64,000 nucleotides of DNA, from NCBI GenBank assembly GCA_964244895.1, contig CAXTKV010000001.1, forward strand, positions 810 through 64,809, read 5' to 3'. Shown here in pieces: positions 39,058-48,300 of the stretch. The DNA is from an uncultured Deinococcales bacterium (lineage in GTDB: Bacteria; Deinococcota; Deinococci; Deinococcales; JAAFIG01). The stretch's first letter is position 1, and each line of letters starts with the position of its first letter. Under the pieces are notes generated by a model. That model was not told the origin of the DNA and searched no databases. It was given only the letters and a program-made list of their open reading frames with translations. The translations under genes were made by a program, and so were the position numbers.

Positions 39058-41262
39058 TTACCTTCTGTCGCGCCCGCCGCGTCCGCCGCGATCCCCGCCG
39101 CTGGGACGGTCGCTGCGCGGGGCGCGGGGCGCGATCTTGCCCTCGAGTTCGGGCCGGATCAGGTCCAGCTTGCCGCGCGGGTCGACGCTGGCGACCTTGA
39201 CGCGAATCTTGTCGCCGACCTTCATGACTTCCTCGACGCTGTTCACGCGGCCTTCGGCCATCTGCGAGATGTGCATCATGCCGTCCTGGCCGGAAAAGAT
39301 GTTGATGAACGCGCCGAAATCGGTGGTCTTGACGACCGTGCCGTCGTATTCGTCGCCGACTTTGGCTTCCTGGGTGACGCCCTGGACGCGTTCGCGCACG
39401 ATCTCGGCGGCGGCGGCGTCGCTGGAGTAGATGCGCACCGTGCCGTCCTCCTCGACCGTGATCTGCGCGCCGTAGGCCTCGAGTTCGCGGATGTTCTTGC
39501 CGCCCGGCCCGATCACCACGCCGATCTTGTCCACCGGAACCTTGACGGTGATGATGCGCGGCGCGTGATCGCTCATTTCGGGGCGCGGTGCGCCGATGGC
39601 CGCGTTCATCTTCTCGAGAATATGCAGTCGGGCTTCCTTGGCTTGCGCCAGGGCTTCGCGCATGATCTGGGGCGTGATGCCGGTGATCTTGATGTCCATC
39701 TGGAGGGCATTCACGCCATCTTTGGTGCCGCAGACCTTGAAGTCCATGTCGCCCAGGGCGTCTTCCATCCCCAGGATGTCCGTCAGGATCGCGTACTTGT
39801 CGCCCTCCTTGACCAATCCCATGGCCACGCCCGCCACGGGCGCTTTGATCGGCACGCCCGCGTCCATCAAGGCCAGGCTGCCCGCGCAGGTGGTCGCCAT
39901 GCTGCTCGAGCCGTTCGATTCCAGCACGTCACCGACGACGCGAATCACGTACGGGAAGCTGTCGTAGCTGGGCAGGACGCTGCGCAGGGCGCGTTCGGCC
40001 AGCACGCCGTGCCCGATCTCGCGGCGGGATTGACCGCCTAACCGTTTGACTTCGCCCGTGCTGTACGGCGGGAAGTTGTAGTGCATCAAAAATTTCTCGC
40101 CATCTTCAATGCCCAGGTCATCGATGATCTGCTCGTCGCGGCCCGTGCCCAGCGTGACGGTGCCCAGCACCTGCGTCTCGCCGCGCGTGAACAGGGCGCT
40201 GCCGTGCGTGCGGGGCAGCAGTTTGGTTTCGATCGTGATCGGTCGGACGGTCTTGGTGTCGCGTCCATCCGCGCGCAGGTTCTCCTCGAGCGCCATGCGG
40301 CGCAATTCGACCTGTTGCACCTTGTCGAAACGACCTTTGAGGGCCGTCACGCGGGCGGCGTGCGCTTCAAGGATGTCCTTGTCGTCCGTGTCTGGCTTCG
40401 GTGCGAGTTCCGCGATGATGCCGTCGCGCACGGCCTTGATGGCTGCGCCCTTGGCTTTCTTGCCGTTGGTCAGGATCGCGTTCTTGAGGTTCCGCTCGTG
40501 CGCTTTAGAGGTGATGACTTCCAGATCGGCCTTCTCGAGCGCGGTTTCGGCGTCGGTTTTGGCGGCCTTCCACTCGAATTTCTCGTGGCCGACTTCAGCT
40601 TTCATCCGCTCGATCAGCGCCAGGATCGGTTGCATCTGCGCGTGACCGAACTCGATCGCGCCGACCATGATCTCTTCAGACAGTTCGCTCGCGCCCGCCT
40701 CGACCATCAGCACGGCGTCCTTGGTTCCGGCGATCACGATGTCCAGGTCGGAAGTCTCGAGTTGCGTCACGGTCGGGTTGATGACGTAGATCCCGTTCAA
40801 GCGGCCAACGCGCACCGTGGCGCACGGCCCGGCCCACGGGATGTCGCTGATCGACAGGGCAGCGCTCGCACCGATCGGCCCCAGGATGTCCGGCGTGTTC
40901 TGTTGGTCGGCGCTCAGCACCGTCAGGATCACCTGCGTCTCGCGGCGGTACGCTTTCGGGAAGAGCGGCCTGATCTGCCGATCCGTAATGCGGGCCGACA
41001 GGATGGCTTTCTTGCCGGGGCGCGATTCGCGGCGCATGAACGAGCCGGGAATCTTGCCGATGGCGTAATGGCGCTCCTCGAATTCCACGGTCAACGGCAG
41101 GAAATCCAGCGTGCTTTCCCGGTCCGCCGCCTGCGCGGTCGCCAGCACGACCGTTTCCCCGTAGGTCACCAGCACGCTGCCCGACACGAGTTTCGCCAGT
41201 CGGCCCGTCTCGATCACCAGTTCTTTGTCGCCAATCATGGCGGAGTACCGCTTCGCTTCCAT
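39058..41262 (-). CDS. pnp: Polynucleotide phosphorylase
   Basis: 734 aa, with two RNase PH-like domains, then KH and S1 domains (..[27 protein letters not shown]..). It ends in a C-terminal Arg/Gly-rich tail, [14 protein letters not shown]. Confidence 0.97.
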   Translation of the reverse strand: MEAKRYSAMIGDKELVIETGRLAKLVSGSVLVTYGETVVLATAQAADRESTLDFLPLTVEFEERHYAIGKIPGSFMRRESRPGKKAILSARITDRQIRPLFPKAYRRETQVILTVLSADQQNTPDILGPIGASAALSISDIPWAGPCATVRVGRLNGIYVINPTVTQLETSDLDIVIAGTKDAVLMVEAGASELSEEIMVGAIEFGHAQMQPILALIERMKAEVGHEKFEWKAAKTDAETALEKADLEVITSKAHERNLKNAILTNGKKAKGAAIKAVRDGIIAELAPKPDTDDKDILEAHAARVTALKGRFDKVQQVELRRMALEENLRADGRDTKTVRPITIETKLLPRTHGSALFTRGETQVLGTVTLGTGRDEQIIDDLGIEDGEKFLMHYNFPPYSTGEVKRLGGQSRREIGHGVLAERALRSVLPSYDSFPYVIRVVGDVLESNGSSSMATTCAGSLALMDAGVPIKAPVAGVAMGLVKEGDKYAILTDILGMEDALGDMDFKVCGTKDGVNALQMDIKITGITPQIMREALAQAKEARLHILEKMNAAIGAPRPEMSDHAPRIITVKVPVDKIGVVIGPGGKNIRELEAYGAQITVEEDGTVRIYSSDAAAAEIVRERVQGVTQEAKVGDEYDGTVVKTTDFGAFINIFSGQDGMMHISQMAEGRVNSVEEVMKVGDKIRVKVASVDPRGKLDLIRPELEGKIAPRAPRSDRPSGGDRGGRGGRDRR

Positions 41263-41376
41263 TTCTTTCTCCGTTTCCGACGTTCTCTCGTCGCTTTAGA
41301 TTCTGTCCGTCAGGATTCTAACGCCGCGCGCCCGGAGAATCCCGTCTCGAGCCAGGATGTTGAGCCGATTGATGGG

Positions 41377-41422
41377 AACACCGTCCGGCACGCGAGTTCA
41401 ATCATGCGTACCGGACGGTGTT
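41377..41422. repeat. IR family copy inside the rpsO-pnp spacer
   Basis: AACACCGTCCGGCACGCgagttcaatcatGCGTACCGGACGGTGTT followed by T6 on the + strand. Confidence 0.8.
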
Positions 41423-41438
41423 TTTTGAAGCCACAAAA

Positions 41439-41465
41439 AGCCCTCGAGCGTAATGCTCGAGGGCT
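41439..41465 (-). terminator. Hairpin/terminator-attenuator downstream of rpsO
   Basis: Stem AGCCCTCGAGC / GCTCGAGGGCT with a 5-nt loop. The minus strand continues with TTTTTGT. It lies 14 nt after the rpsO stop, the classical position of the rpsO terminator / pnp leader structure. Confidence 0.7.
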
Positions 41466-41479
41466 TTCAACAATCCAAC

Positions 41480-41746
41480 TTAGCGGCGCAAGCCCAGGCG
41501 TTCGATCAGCTTCTTGTAGCTCTCGAAATTCTTGGTGCGCAGGTACTTGGTCAGACCGTTGCGCCGACCGACCATCACCTGAAGACCGCGCTGACCGTGC
41601 TTGTCCTTCTTGTTCGCGGTCAGGTGGGTGGACAGACGGTTGATCTGGAACGTCAGAAGCGCAATCTGCACTTCGGTCGAACCGCTATCGCCGTCCTTGG
41701 TGGCGTAATCCTTCATGATCTGGGCTTTTTCGGCGGGTGAAAGCAT
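41480..41746 (-). CDS. rpsO: 30S ribosomal protein S15
   Basis: MLSPAEKAQIMKDYATKDGDSGSTEVQIALLTFQINRLSTHL..GLRR, 88 aa, immediately upstream of pnp. Confidence 0.97.
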   Translation of the reverse strand: MLSPAEKAQIMKDYATKDGDSGSTEVQIALLTFQINRLSTHLTANKKDKHGQRGLQVMVGRRNGLTKYLRTKNFESYKKLIERLGLRR

Positions 41747-41829
41747 CTTGCACGTCCTCTTGTTGCTGAAGTCCGGAATGTCTCAGCCCAACCGGGCTTG
41801 TGCCCGCAACCGAAACACCCGCGCCGGGG

Positions 41830-41858
41830 AGTGTAGCACGGGTGCGCGACCTTGACAA
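41830..41858 (-). promoter_or_regulatory. Candidate sigma-70-type promoter for rpsO
   Basis: The minus strand reads TTGTCA-(17 nt)-TACACT, about 85 nt upstream of the rpsO ATG. Confidence 0.5.
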
Positions 41859-41867
41859 ACCGCTCGC

Positions 41868-41896
41868 TTGACAAAGCCCCAGGCCGTGAGTACGAT
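41868..41896 (+). promoter_or_regulatory. Candidate sigma-70-type promoter for tRNA-Leu
   Basis: TTGACA-(17 nt)-TACGAT ends 16 nt before the mature tRNA 5' end. Confidence 0.6.
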
Positions 41897-41911
41897 TCTC
41901 GAGCTAGCTTG

Positions 41912-41999
<88 letters not shown>

Positions 42000-42006
42000 C
42001 CGTCCT

Positions 42007-42041
42007 GGACGCGCTTTTTAAGGAGCGCGTTCCGTTTTTTT
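42007..42041 (+). terminator. Rho-independent terminator after tRNA-Leu
   Basis: Stem ACGCGCT / AGCGCGT plus flanking GG/CC, followed by GTTTTTTTT. Confidence 0.7.
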
Positions 42042-42091
42042 GGCTCCCGACATCGAGCGTCGGGCTCGGGTTTCCTGAAGGCGTGCTCAAT

Positions 42092-42763
42092 TCATGGCTC
42101 GAGGGCGAACCTGCGGCTCGCGCGATCCCGCCGCCTGCGGATGACCCATTCGGCCACCGCGAGGTTGATCGCCCAGCCCGCGCCCATGCACAAGGCCCTG
42201 GTCAGTTCTGAACGAAGCCCCGGAGACACGATCAAGGGAATATGCGTGAAGACCTGCGTCCCCGCCCCCAGACCGATGGCATAGGCTCGCGTCATCGAGT
42301 CGCCGTGCTGCACGAAGTTTCGCTGAAAAATGGCGCGCGCCCCGAGCAGCAAAAAGTACACCATGGCGAACCCGACGACCAACCGCATTCCGTAAAGGAT
42401 TTGCCCATCGAAGGGCGGCCAGGGATAGAAATGCGCCATCCACAAGCCCGTCAGTGCGGCCACGAGCCCGCTGGGGATCAAGATCCGCCCAGCCGTGCGG
42501 TGCCAGATCGGTCGCGATCGGCGCAAACCCGGTGCGAACTGGAACGCGCCCAAGAGCGAATAAACGCTGACGCTGATGATGTGCAACACCACCGGGATGG
42601 GCGAGGCGAAGAACCGAGCGTTGTCCGGGGTGATGCTCGCGCCGCCGCTCAGTTGGGCGACGCGGGCAACCCCAGCCGCGACCGGAATCAGACTGAGCAG
42701 AATCAGTCCAGCCGGAATGAACCATTGGGTGGGGCTCGAGTTCTTCCCGACTGCTGTTTTCAT
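42092..42763 (-). CDS. DUF2306-like integral membrane protein
   Basis: ATG follows AGGAGG. It has 6 predicted TM helices. The N-terminus ..WFIPAGLILLSLIPVAAGVARV..L..G...TPDNARFF..P.PVVLHI matches my recollection of DUF2306. Confidence 0.75.
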   Translation of the reverse strand: MKTAVGKNSSPTQWFIPAGLILLSLIPVAAGVARVAQLSGGASITPDNARFFASPIPVVLHIISVSVYSLLGAFQFAPGLRRSRPIWHRTAGRILIPSGLVAALTGLWMAHFYPWPPFDGQILYGMRLVVGFAMVYFLLLGARAIFQRNFVQHGDSMTRAYAIGLGAGTQVFTHIPLIVSPGLRSELTRALCMGAGWAINLAVAEWVIRRRRDRASRRFALEP

Positions 42764-42842
42764 GGTCGATCCTCCTGAGGCTGACGGGCACCCTTTGGCC
42801 TGGACGGGCTTTCGCGTTGTCCGTGTTGATTGCGAGTGCCGG

Positions 42843-43064
42843 TTACGAATCGCTCTCGGGGTACTGAAACACGCGCTCTAAGGGAACCCCAAAAACCCTG
42901 GCAATCTGGAAGGCCATCTCGAGCGAAGGGGAATAGCGGCCCTGTTCGATGGCGATGATGGTCTGGCGGGTCAGGCCGACCCGGTCCGCCAGGTCAGCCT
43001 GGGTCATCTCCTGGTGGGCGAAGCGGAGCTGGCGGATGGCGTTGGTGACCCTGGTGGGTTTCAC
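42843..43064 (-). CDS. XRE-family helix-turn-helix transcriptional regulator (73 aa)
   Basis: ORF 42843..43130. GTG 43064 overlaps the upstream stop (GTGA). The HTH is MTQADLADRVGLTRQTIIAIEQGRYSPSLEMAFQIARVFG. Confidence 0.8.
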   Translation of the reverse strand: MKPTRVTNAIRQLRFAHQEMTQADLADRVGLTRQTIIAIEQGRYSPSLEMAFQIARVFGVPLERVFQYPESDS

Positions 43065-43486
43065 ACCAGAAAACCTCGGCGGTAGGCGAGGATTTTGACC
43101 ATTGAACTCCACAGGCTCGCGAGGACGCACGAAGAGTGAATCGTGTTGGCGATCCAGAAGTGCGGGATTTTATTGATGGTCAAGACCAGCGCGATCAGCG
43201 TCGCCAGCGAAAGTACGTAATAGCCGATGGCGTCGCCATAGCGGTTGATGTCGCGGTCGCGTTGGTCTTTTTTGTCGGCTTCCCTGGGCGCGAGCATCAC
43301 CACCGCGATGTGGCCGATGATGGCCCCCACGACGGCTGCCCCGAAGCTGGCGAGCATCACACCGGCATAGGGAACCTCGATGATGGGAATGCCCTGGGCT
43401 CGACCCAGGATGATCCACCAGTAAAAACCATAGGAGATCAGTGTGATCGCCGCAGAGATCCAGGTGCTCTTCTCAGAGAACGACAT
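43061..43486 (-). CDS. DUF2178-like membrane protein (141 aa)
   Basis: ORF 43061..43564. ATG 43486 follows AGGAGG. It has four TM helices and is co-transcribed with the small XRE regulator, a pairing I recall for DUF2178. Confidence 0.7.
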   Translation of the reverse strand: MSFSEKSTWISAAITLISYGFYWWIILGRAQGIPIIEVPYAGVMLASFGAAVVGAIIGHIAVVMLAPREADKKDQRDRDINRYGDAIGYYVLSLATLIALVLTINKIPHFWIANTIHSSCVLASLWSSMVKILAYRRGFLV

Positions 43487-43498
43487 TGCTCCTCCTGG

Positions 43499-43562
43499 GT
43501 CAAAGATCTTTGACGCGAGGCAAGTGTAAAACATCTTTGACGCAATGTCAAATTTTTTTGAC
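43499..43562 (-). promoter_or_regulatory. Near-consensus promoter overlapped by TTTGAC/GTCAAA operator palindromes
   Basis: The minus strand reads TTGACA (43546-43551) -17 nt- TACACT (43523-43528). The perfect 16-bp palindrome GTCAAAGATCTTTGAC (43499-43514) sits between the -10 and the RBS. The palindrome TTTGAC-gcaat-GTCAAA (43536-43552) overlaps the -35. There is an extra TTTGAC half-site at 43557-43562. Confidence 0.65.
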
Positions 43563-43811
43563 ACAATAGATCATCGCCCCGACCGATAACTGATGGCGAT
43601 ACGAGAATTCACGTGCCGTACGCTTCTTCTGATTTCAAACGCCATCGCAGACGCGATTCCACGAATCAACGGCGTCCTGTGCCCGCGTTCGGTCGGAACC
43701 AGGCGCGGACGCACCGCTGAATTCGACGCACCGAACTTCCAGCGCGTTCAGACGCCGCGATCCGTTACGTTCGACACCGATGCTCGAGGAAAACTCGCGC
43801 GAGTTTCGAGA

Positions 43812-43860
43812 AGAACACCGTCCAGCACGCGGGATTATATTTGCGTGCTGGACGGTGTTC
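43812..43860. repeat. IR family copy (best consensus, perfect 18-bp arms)
   Basis: GAACACCGTCCAGCACGCgggattatatttGCGTGCTGGACGGTGTTC. Confidence 0.9.
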
Positions 43861-43957
43861 TTTCCCGGCGTGCGCCCAATGGCCGAACCCTGAAGGCCGA
43901 TCGTCAGAATCGGAGTTATTGAGAGTAGGGTACGGGTATGAACGCGACGTGCCGCCC

Positions 43958-44356
43958 GTGACCCTGGATCGCACGGTCGCTCACCGCGTGTTGGTGATCG
44001 ATGACGAACCCGGAATGCGCAGCCTGATGCGGCGCGGTCTCGGCATGGCCGGTTACGAGGTCGAAACTGCCGAGGGCGGCGAGGTCGGGCTCGAGGCCGC
44101 GACCCTGCGCCCACCGGATCTCGTGCTGCTCGATTTGATGATGCCCGGCCTGAACGGTTTCGATACCCTGGCGTTGCTGCTCGCGCTCGTGCCTCGCCCG
44201 AGAGTGATCGTCATGTCCGGCAGGGACGAACCGGAGGATCGCCAGCGCACGGCGGGTGCGGACGGTTTCCTGGTCAAGCCCGTCACGTTCGACGCGCTGC
44301 TCGAGGCGATCCGGGCTGGAATCGAAAACCCTTTAAGCGTGACGGCCTCGATGTGA
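43958..44356 (+). CDS. Stand-alone response regulator receiver protein
   Basis: ORF 43841..44356. The first codons overlap the IR repeat, so GTG 43958 is preferred. Motifs are VLVIDDEPGMR.., LVLLDLMMPGLNG and FLVKPV. The stop overlaps the next gene's GTG. Confidence 0.8.
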   Translation: MTLDRTVAHRVLVIDDEPGMRSLMRRGLGMAGYEVETAEGGEVGLEAATLRPPDLVLLDLMMPGLNGFDTLALLLALVPRPRVIVMSGRDEPEDRQRTAGADGFLVKPVTFDALLEAIRAGIENPLSVTASM

Positions 44357-47300
44357 AGAAGAAACCGTCGCCTCCTGCGACTGGGCTGACCGCACGGGGC
44401 GCGGCGGCAGGTAAAACCGATCTGCCAATCAAAGCCCCAAAGAAGCCCACGAGCGGCGCTCGAGCCGGGGCGCGATCGGTCGCGAACGATGCCCTGCCGG
44501 TGGTGGTCGGAATCGGCGCGTCGGCGGGTGGACTCGAGGCGTTTTCCAGGCTGCTGACCGCGTTGCCAGCCGATACGGGCATGGCGTTCGTGCTCGTCCA
44601 GCACCTCGACCCGAACCACGAAAGCGTCCTGAGCGAATTGCTGGCCCGCACCACCAGCCTGCAGGTATCCGAAATAAAGGACAGACAGAACCTCGAGCCC
44701 AACCGCGTCTACGTGATCCCGCCGAACACCAACCTGGCCGTCCAGCGCGGAATTCTACGGCTCTCGCCGCGCACGGCTGGACGCGGCTTCCACCGTCCCA
44801 TCGACGATTTTCTGCGCTCCCTGGCCGAGGATCGGGGCCACCGCGCGATCGGCGTGATCCTCTCCGGCACTGCCTCGGATGGCACGCTTGGGCTCGAGGC
44901 GATCAAGGCCGAAGGAGGCATCACCTTCGCGCAGGACGAAGCCACGGCGCGCTTCGACTCGATGCCGCACAGCGCCGTCGCCGCCGGGGTGGTGGATTTC
45001 GTGCTGCCGCCCGAAGGGATCGCCGCCGAACTCGCGCGCATGGCGAATGAACCCTACCTGACGAACCCGCCCGAGATCGAACGTTCGCAGCTTCCCACCA
45101 CGCGGAACGCATCTGCCAAGCCGATCACCGGTCCGAGCCCCAAAGCGGCGGGCAACACCGACGAGGACGGCTTCAGGCGCATCCTGCAACTGCTGCACGA
45201 TGTCAGGGGCGTGGACTTCTCGCTGTACCGTTCGACCACCATCCGGCGGCGCATCGACCGGCGCATGCTGCTGGACAACGTCCCCTCGCCGTTGCGTTAC
45301 AGCGAACGCTTGCGCGCGCACCCGAAGGAACTCGAGGCGCTCTATCAGGATTTGCTGATCGGCGTGACCAGCTTTTTTCGCGACCCGCAGACCTTCGAGT
45401 TCTTGCAGCGCGAGGTCTTCCCGCAACTCGTCAAGAACCGCACCGCCGACGAGGCCGTGCGCGTCTGGGTGAGCGGCTGCTCGACCGGGCAGGAAGCGTA
45501 TTCGCTGGCGATGGCCTACCTGGAATTTGCGGCGCAGGCGGGGGTCAACGTCCCGCTGCGGGTTTTTGCCACCGACCTGAACGAGGCGATGCTCGAGCGG
45601 GCGCGCGCCGGACTGTACGCGGAAAGTTTGATGCACAACGTCTCGAAGGAGCGCCTGAAGCGTTTTTTCACCGAAGAGTCCGGCAGCTACCGCATCTCCA
45701 AATCGGTGCGCGAACTGGTGGTCTTCGCGCACCACAACGTCTTCGCCGATCCGCCCTTCTCGCACATGGACGTGATCAGTTGCCGCAACCTGCTGATCTA
45801 CCTCGAGCCGACCCTGCAGAGCCGGGTCATCCCGACCTTCCATTACGCCCTCAAACCCGGCGGTGTGCTGGTGCTGGGCGCCTCCGAAACGGTCGGTCGC
45901 CACACGGATTTGTTCGCGACGCTGGACAGCCGTTGCAGGGTTTACACCAAGCTCCGAGTGACGACCAAAATTCCTCGGCCTGCACCTGCGATCCCTTTCG
46001 TGGCTCCTACCGCGGCCAGGTACGGGTATGAGCGAACAGTGTTGACCGCAGATGCCCCCGACGTGGACGCGCTACGCGAGGCTGACCGCGTGGTGCTCGC
46101 GCGGTACGCCCCGGCGGGCGTGGTGGTCGATGCGACCCTCGAGATCGTCCAGTTTCGCGGCATGACGGGTCGGTATCTCGAGCCCCAGAGCGGCAAGGCG
46201 AGCTTCAATCTGCTCAAGATGGCGCGCGAGGGCCTGATGTTGCCCCTGCGCGCGCTGATCGAACGCGCCAGACACGAAAACCGGGCCGTGCGCGAGGAGG
46301 GTGTGCGCTTTCAGCGCGATGGGCACGCAGAGACCGTGAACCTCGAGGTGGTACCGCTCCGAGCGCCACCCAGCCTGCTGGTGCTGTTCGAGGCTCCGGC
46401 GCCGCACGCTGCAAACCCGGCGTTGGAGCCTCCGGAACCCAAGCGCAAATCGAAAAAAACCGCTGATCGAGCGCAGCCTGCGGCTGACAGCGAGGCCGCC
46501 GATGGGGTTCGCCAGGTCGAGGGACTTCAGCGCGAGTTGCTCGAGACCCGCGATTACCTGCGCTTCATTCAAGAACAGGGCGAGGCCGCCAACGAGGAAC
46601 TCCAATCCACCAACGAGGAAGCGCAATCCGCCAACGAGGAAATGCAGAGCCTCAACGAGGAACTCGAGACCGCCAAAGAGGAACTCGAGTCCAGCAACGA
46701 GGAGATGCGCACCATCAACGAGGAACTGAACGAGCGCAACGCTGAACTGCGCCACCTCAACGACGATCACCTGAACTTCCAGGCCAGCAGCGAACTGGCG
46801 ATCGTCGCGATCAGTACCGACCTGAGCGTGCGGCGGTTCACACCGCAGGCGGAACTGGTGCTCGGCCTGCGCGCCGGCGACATCGGGCGACCGATCGGGC
46901 ACGTCCGACACGGGCTCGACTCGCCCGATCTGCCCAGTCTGGAGGCGCTGATCGCGGAAGTGATCCAATCTGAAAGCCCGACAGACCGCGAGGTGCGCGA
47001 CCGCGATGGCCGATGGTTCCTGATGCGGGTTCGCCCGTACCGGACGCTCCAGAACCACATTGACGGCGCGCTGCTCGTGCTCTTCGGTATCGACGCGCTC
47101 AAGCGCGCCGAACTCGAGCGCGAACGCCTGCAGCACGAGACCGAAGTGGCCTTCGAGAGCCTGGGCGACGGCCTGATCGCCCTCAACCGCGACTGGACGG
47201 TGACCTACATCAACACCGCCGGGGCGCGCCTGGCCGGACTGGCGCGCGAGGCGATGCTCGGCGGCAACTTCTGGGCGTTGTTCCCGGAGCTTTCGGAATC

Positions 47301-48216
47301 GATCTTCGGTCCCACCTACCGCAAGGCCATGACCGAGCGGGTGGCCGTCGAGCTCGAGGCGAACTACGCCCCACTCGAGACCCAGTTCGAGATTCGCGCC
47401 GTGCCGGTCGAAGCGGGAATCTTGGTGCTGTTCCGCGACGTGACCGACCGCCGCCGGGCCGAACTGATCGTCGAAGAAACCCAGGTGCAACTTCGCGCCC
47501 TATCCGAGAGCCAACGGCGCTTCCTGGCGGATGCCGCGCACGAACTGCGCGCACCTTTGGCGGTGATCCAGGGCAACCTCGAGGTGATCGAGCGATACCC
47601 GAACATGCTCCCCGATGAGCGCGCCGAAGCCGTGACCGAGAGCGCACGCGCCGCCACCCGCCTCGGGCGGCTGGCGAACGATCTGCTGTCGCTGGCGCGC
47701 GGCGATGCCGGGGACGGGCTGCGGCTCGAAGCCCTCGAACTCGCCCCGATTCTCGAGGAGACGCTGCACGAACTGAGCCGCCTGACCGAGGGCCTGCGCC
47801 TCGAATCCGGTGCGCTCGAGCCGTGCACCGTGCTGGGCGACCGCGATAAACTCAAGCAGCTCGCCCTGATCCTGCTCGACAACGCCATCAAGTACACCCC
47901 GGCGGGTGGGCGCGTCTCGCTCGAGTTGCACCGCCAGGAAACCCAGGCGGAGTTCCGGATATCGAACACCGGCCCCGCCATCAGCCCAGAGGATCTGGAA
48001 CGGGTCTTCGAGCGCTTCTACCGCACCGACGCGTCTCGCTCGCGCCAGACGGGCGGTACGGGGCTCGGCCTGCCGATCGCGCGGTGGATTGCGGGCCAAC
48101 ACGGCGGAACGGTCAAACTCGAGAGCGAACCGGGCGTGGGCACGACCGCCATCGTGCGGCTACCGCTGGTACACGATACCGATGGTGCTGCTTCGATTCA
48201 GCCCGTGCTGAGCTGA
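44353..48216 (+). CDS. CheB-methylesterase / CheR-methyltransferase / PAS / histidine kinase hybrid
   Basis: 1287 aa. The CheB-like region is VVGIGASAGGLEAFSRLL..FVLVQHLDP. The CheR-like region is TSFFRDPQTFEF..RVWVSGCSTGQEAYSLAM. A coiled coil NEELQSTNEEAQSANEEMQSLNEELETAKEELESSNEEM precedes the PAS modules. The H-box is FLADAAHELRAPL and the ATPase region is GGTGLGLPIARWI. Confidence 0.9.
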   Translation: MKKKPSPPATGLTARGAAAGKTDLPIKAPKKPTSGARAGARSVANDALPVVVGIGASAGGLEAFSRLLTALPADTGMAFVLVQHLDPNHESVLSELLARTTSLQVSEIKDRQNLEPNRVYVIPPNTNLAVQRGILRLSPRTAGRGFHRPIDDFLRSLAEDRGHRAIGVILSGTASDGTLGLEAIKAEGGITFAQDEATARFDSMPHSAVAAGVVDFVLPPEGIAAELARMANEPYLTNPPEIERSQLPTTRNASAKPITGPSPKAAGNTDEDGFRRILQLLHDVRGVDFSLYRSTTIRRRIDRRMLLDNVPSPLRYSERLRAHPKELEALYQDLLIGVTSFFRDPQTFEFLQREVFPQLVKNRTADEAVRVWVSGCSTGQEAYSLAMAYLEFAAQAGVNVPLRVFATDLNEAMLERARAGLYAESLMHNVSKERLKRFFTEESGSYRISKSVRELVVFAHHNVFADPPFSHMDVISCRNLLIYLEPTLQSRVIPTFHYALKPGGVLVLGASETVGRHTDLFATLDSRCRVYTKLRVTTKIPRPAPAIPFVAPTAARYGYERTVLTADAPDVDALREADRVVLARYAPAGVVVDATLEIVQFRGMTGRYLEPQSGKASFNLLKMAREGLMLPLRALIERARHENRAVREEGVRFQRDGHAETVNLEVVPLRAPPSLLVLFEAPAPHAANPALEPPEPKRKSKKTADRAQPAADSEAADGVRQVEGLQRELLETRDYLRFIQEQGEAANEELQSTNEEAQSANEEMQSLNEELETAKEELESSNEEMRTINEELNERNAELRHLNDDHLNFQASSELAIVAISTDLSVRRFTPQAELVLGLRAGDIGRPIGHVRHGLDSPDLPSLEALIAEVIQSESPTDREVRDRDGRWFLMRVRPYRTLQNHIDGALLVLFGIDALKRAELERERLQHETEVAFESLGDGLIALNRDWTVTYINTAGARLAGLAREAMLGGNFWALFPELSESIFGPTYRKAMTERVAVELEANYAPLETQFEIRAVPVEAGILVLFRDVTDRRRAELIVEETQVQLRALSESQRRFLADAAHELRAPLAVIQGNLEVIERYPNMLPDERAEAVTESARAATRLGRLANDLLSLARGDAGDGLRLEALELAPILEETLHELSRLTEGLRLESGALEPCTVLGDRDKLKQLALILLDNAIKYTPAGGRVSLELHRQETQAEFRISNTGPAISPEDLERVFERFYRTDASRSRQTGGTGLGLPIARWIAGQHGGTVKLESEPGVGTTAIVRLPLVHDTDGAASIQPVLS

Positions 48217-48247
48217 TCAGATCCACCAACAGGACGGCGCCGACACC

Positions 48248-48300
48248 AGCACTGGGTGGATCATCAGCACTGGGTGGATCATCAGCACTGGGTGGGTATC
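48248..48300. repeat. 18-bp tandem repeat, ~3 units, spanning the 3' end of the response-regulator gene
   Basis: agcactgggtggatcatc occurs twice, then agcactgggtgggtatc. The third unit encodes the last residues ..PTQC of CDS 48282..48674 on the minus strand, and the stop codon falls at the end of the second unit. Confidence 0.9.

Noticed and set aside
33748-41643. Opposite-strand ORFs within the CHAT, GGDEF-EAL and pnp genes (for example 35173..35985, 36536..37390, 37686..38753, 38012..38812, 39271..40041, 40081..41643)
   Set aside because: They are shadow ORFs. The annotated strand carries catalytic motifs and the shadows carry none.
43593-44114. ORFs 43593..43922 (+) and 43635..44114 (-)
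   Set aside because: They span an IR repeat and a promoter region and have a noise-like composition. The receiver gene start at 43958 explains the coding signal.
46500-46760. Periodic DNA (repeated aacgaggaa units) that might be a tandem repeat element
   Set aside because: It encodes the in-frame NEE-heptad coiled coil of the hybrid kinase. This is a protein-level repeat, not a separate DNA element. The same logic applies to the delta-60 repeats (23100-24250) and the AQS repeats in rpsA (6056-6130).
44755-48102. Minus-strand ORFs inside the CheB/CheR-kinase gene (44755..45903, 46072..47490, 47364..48102)
   Set aside because: They are antisense shadows of a gene with continuous domain homology.
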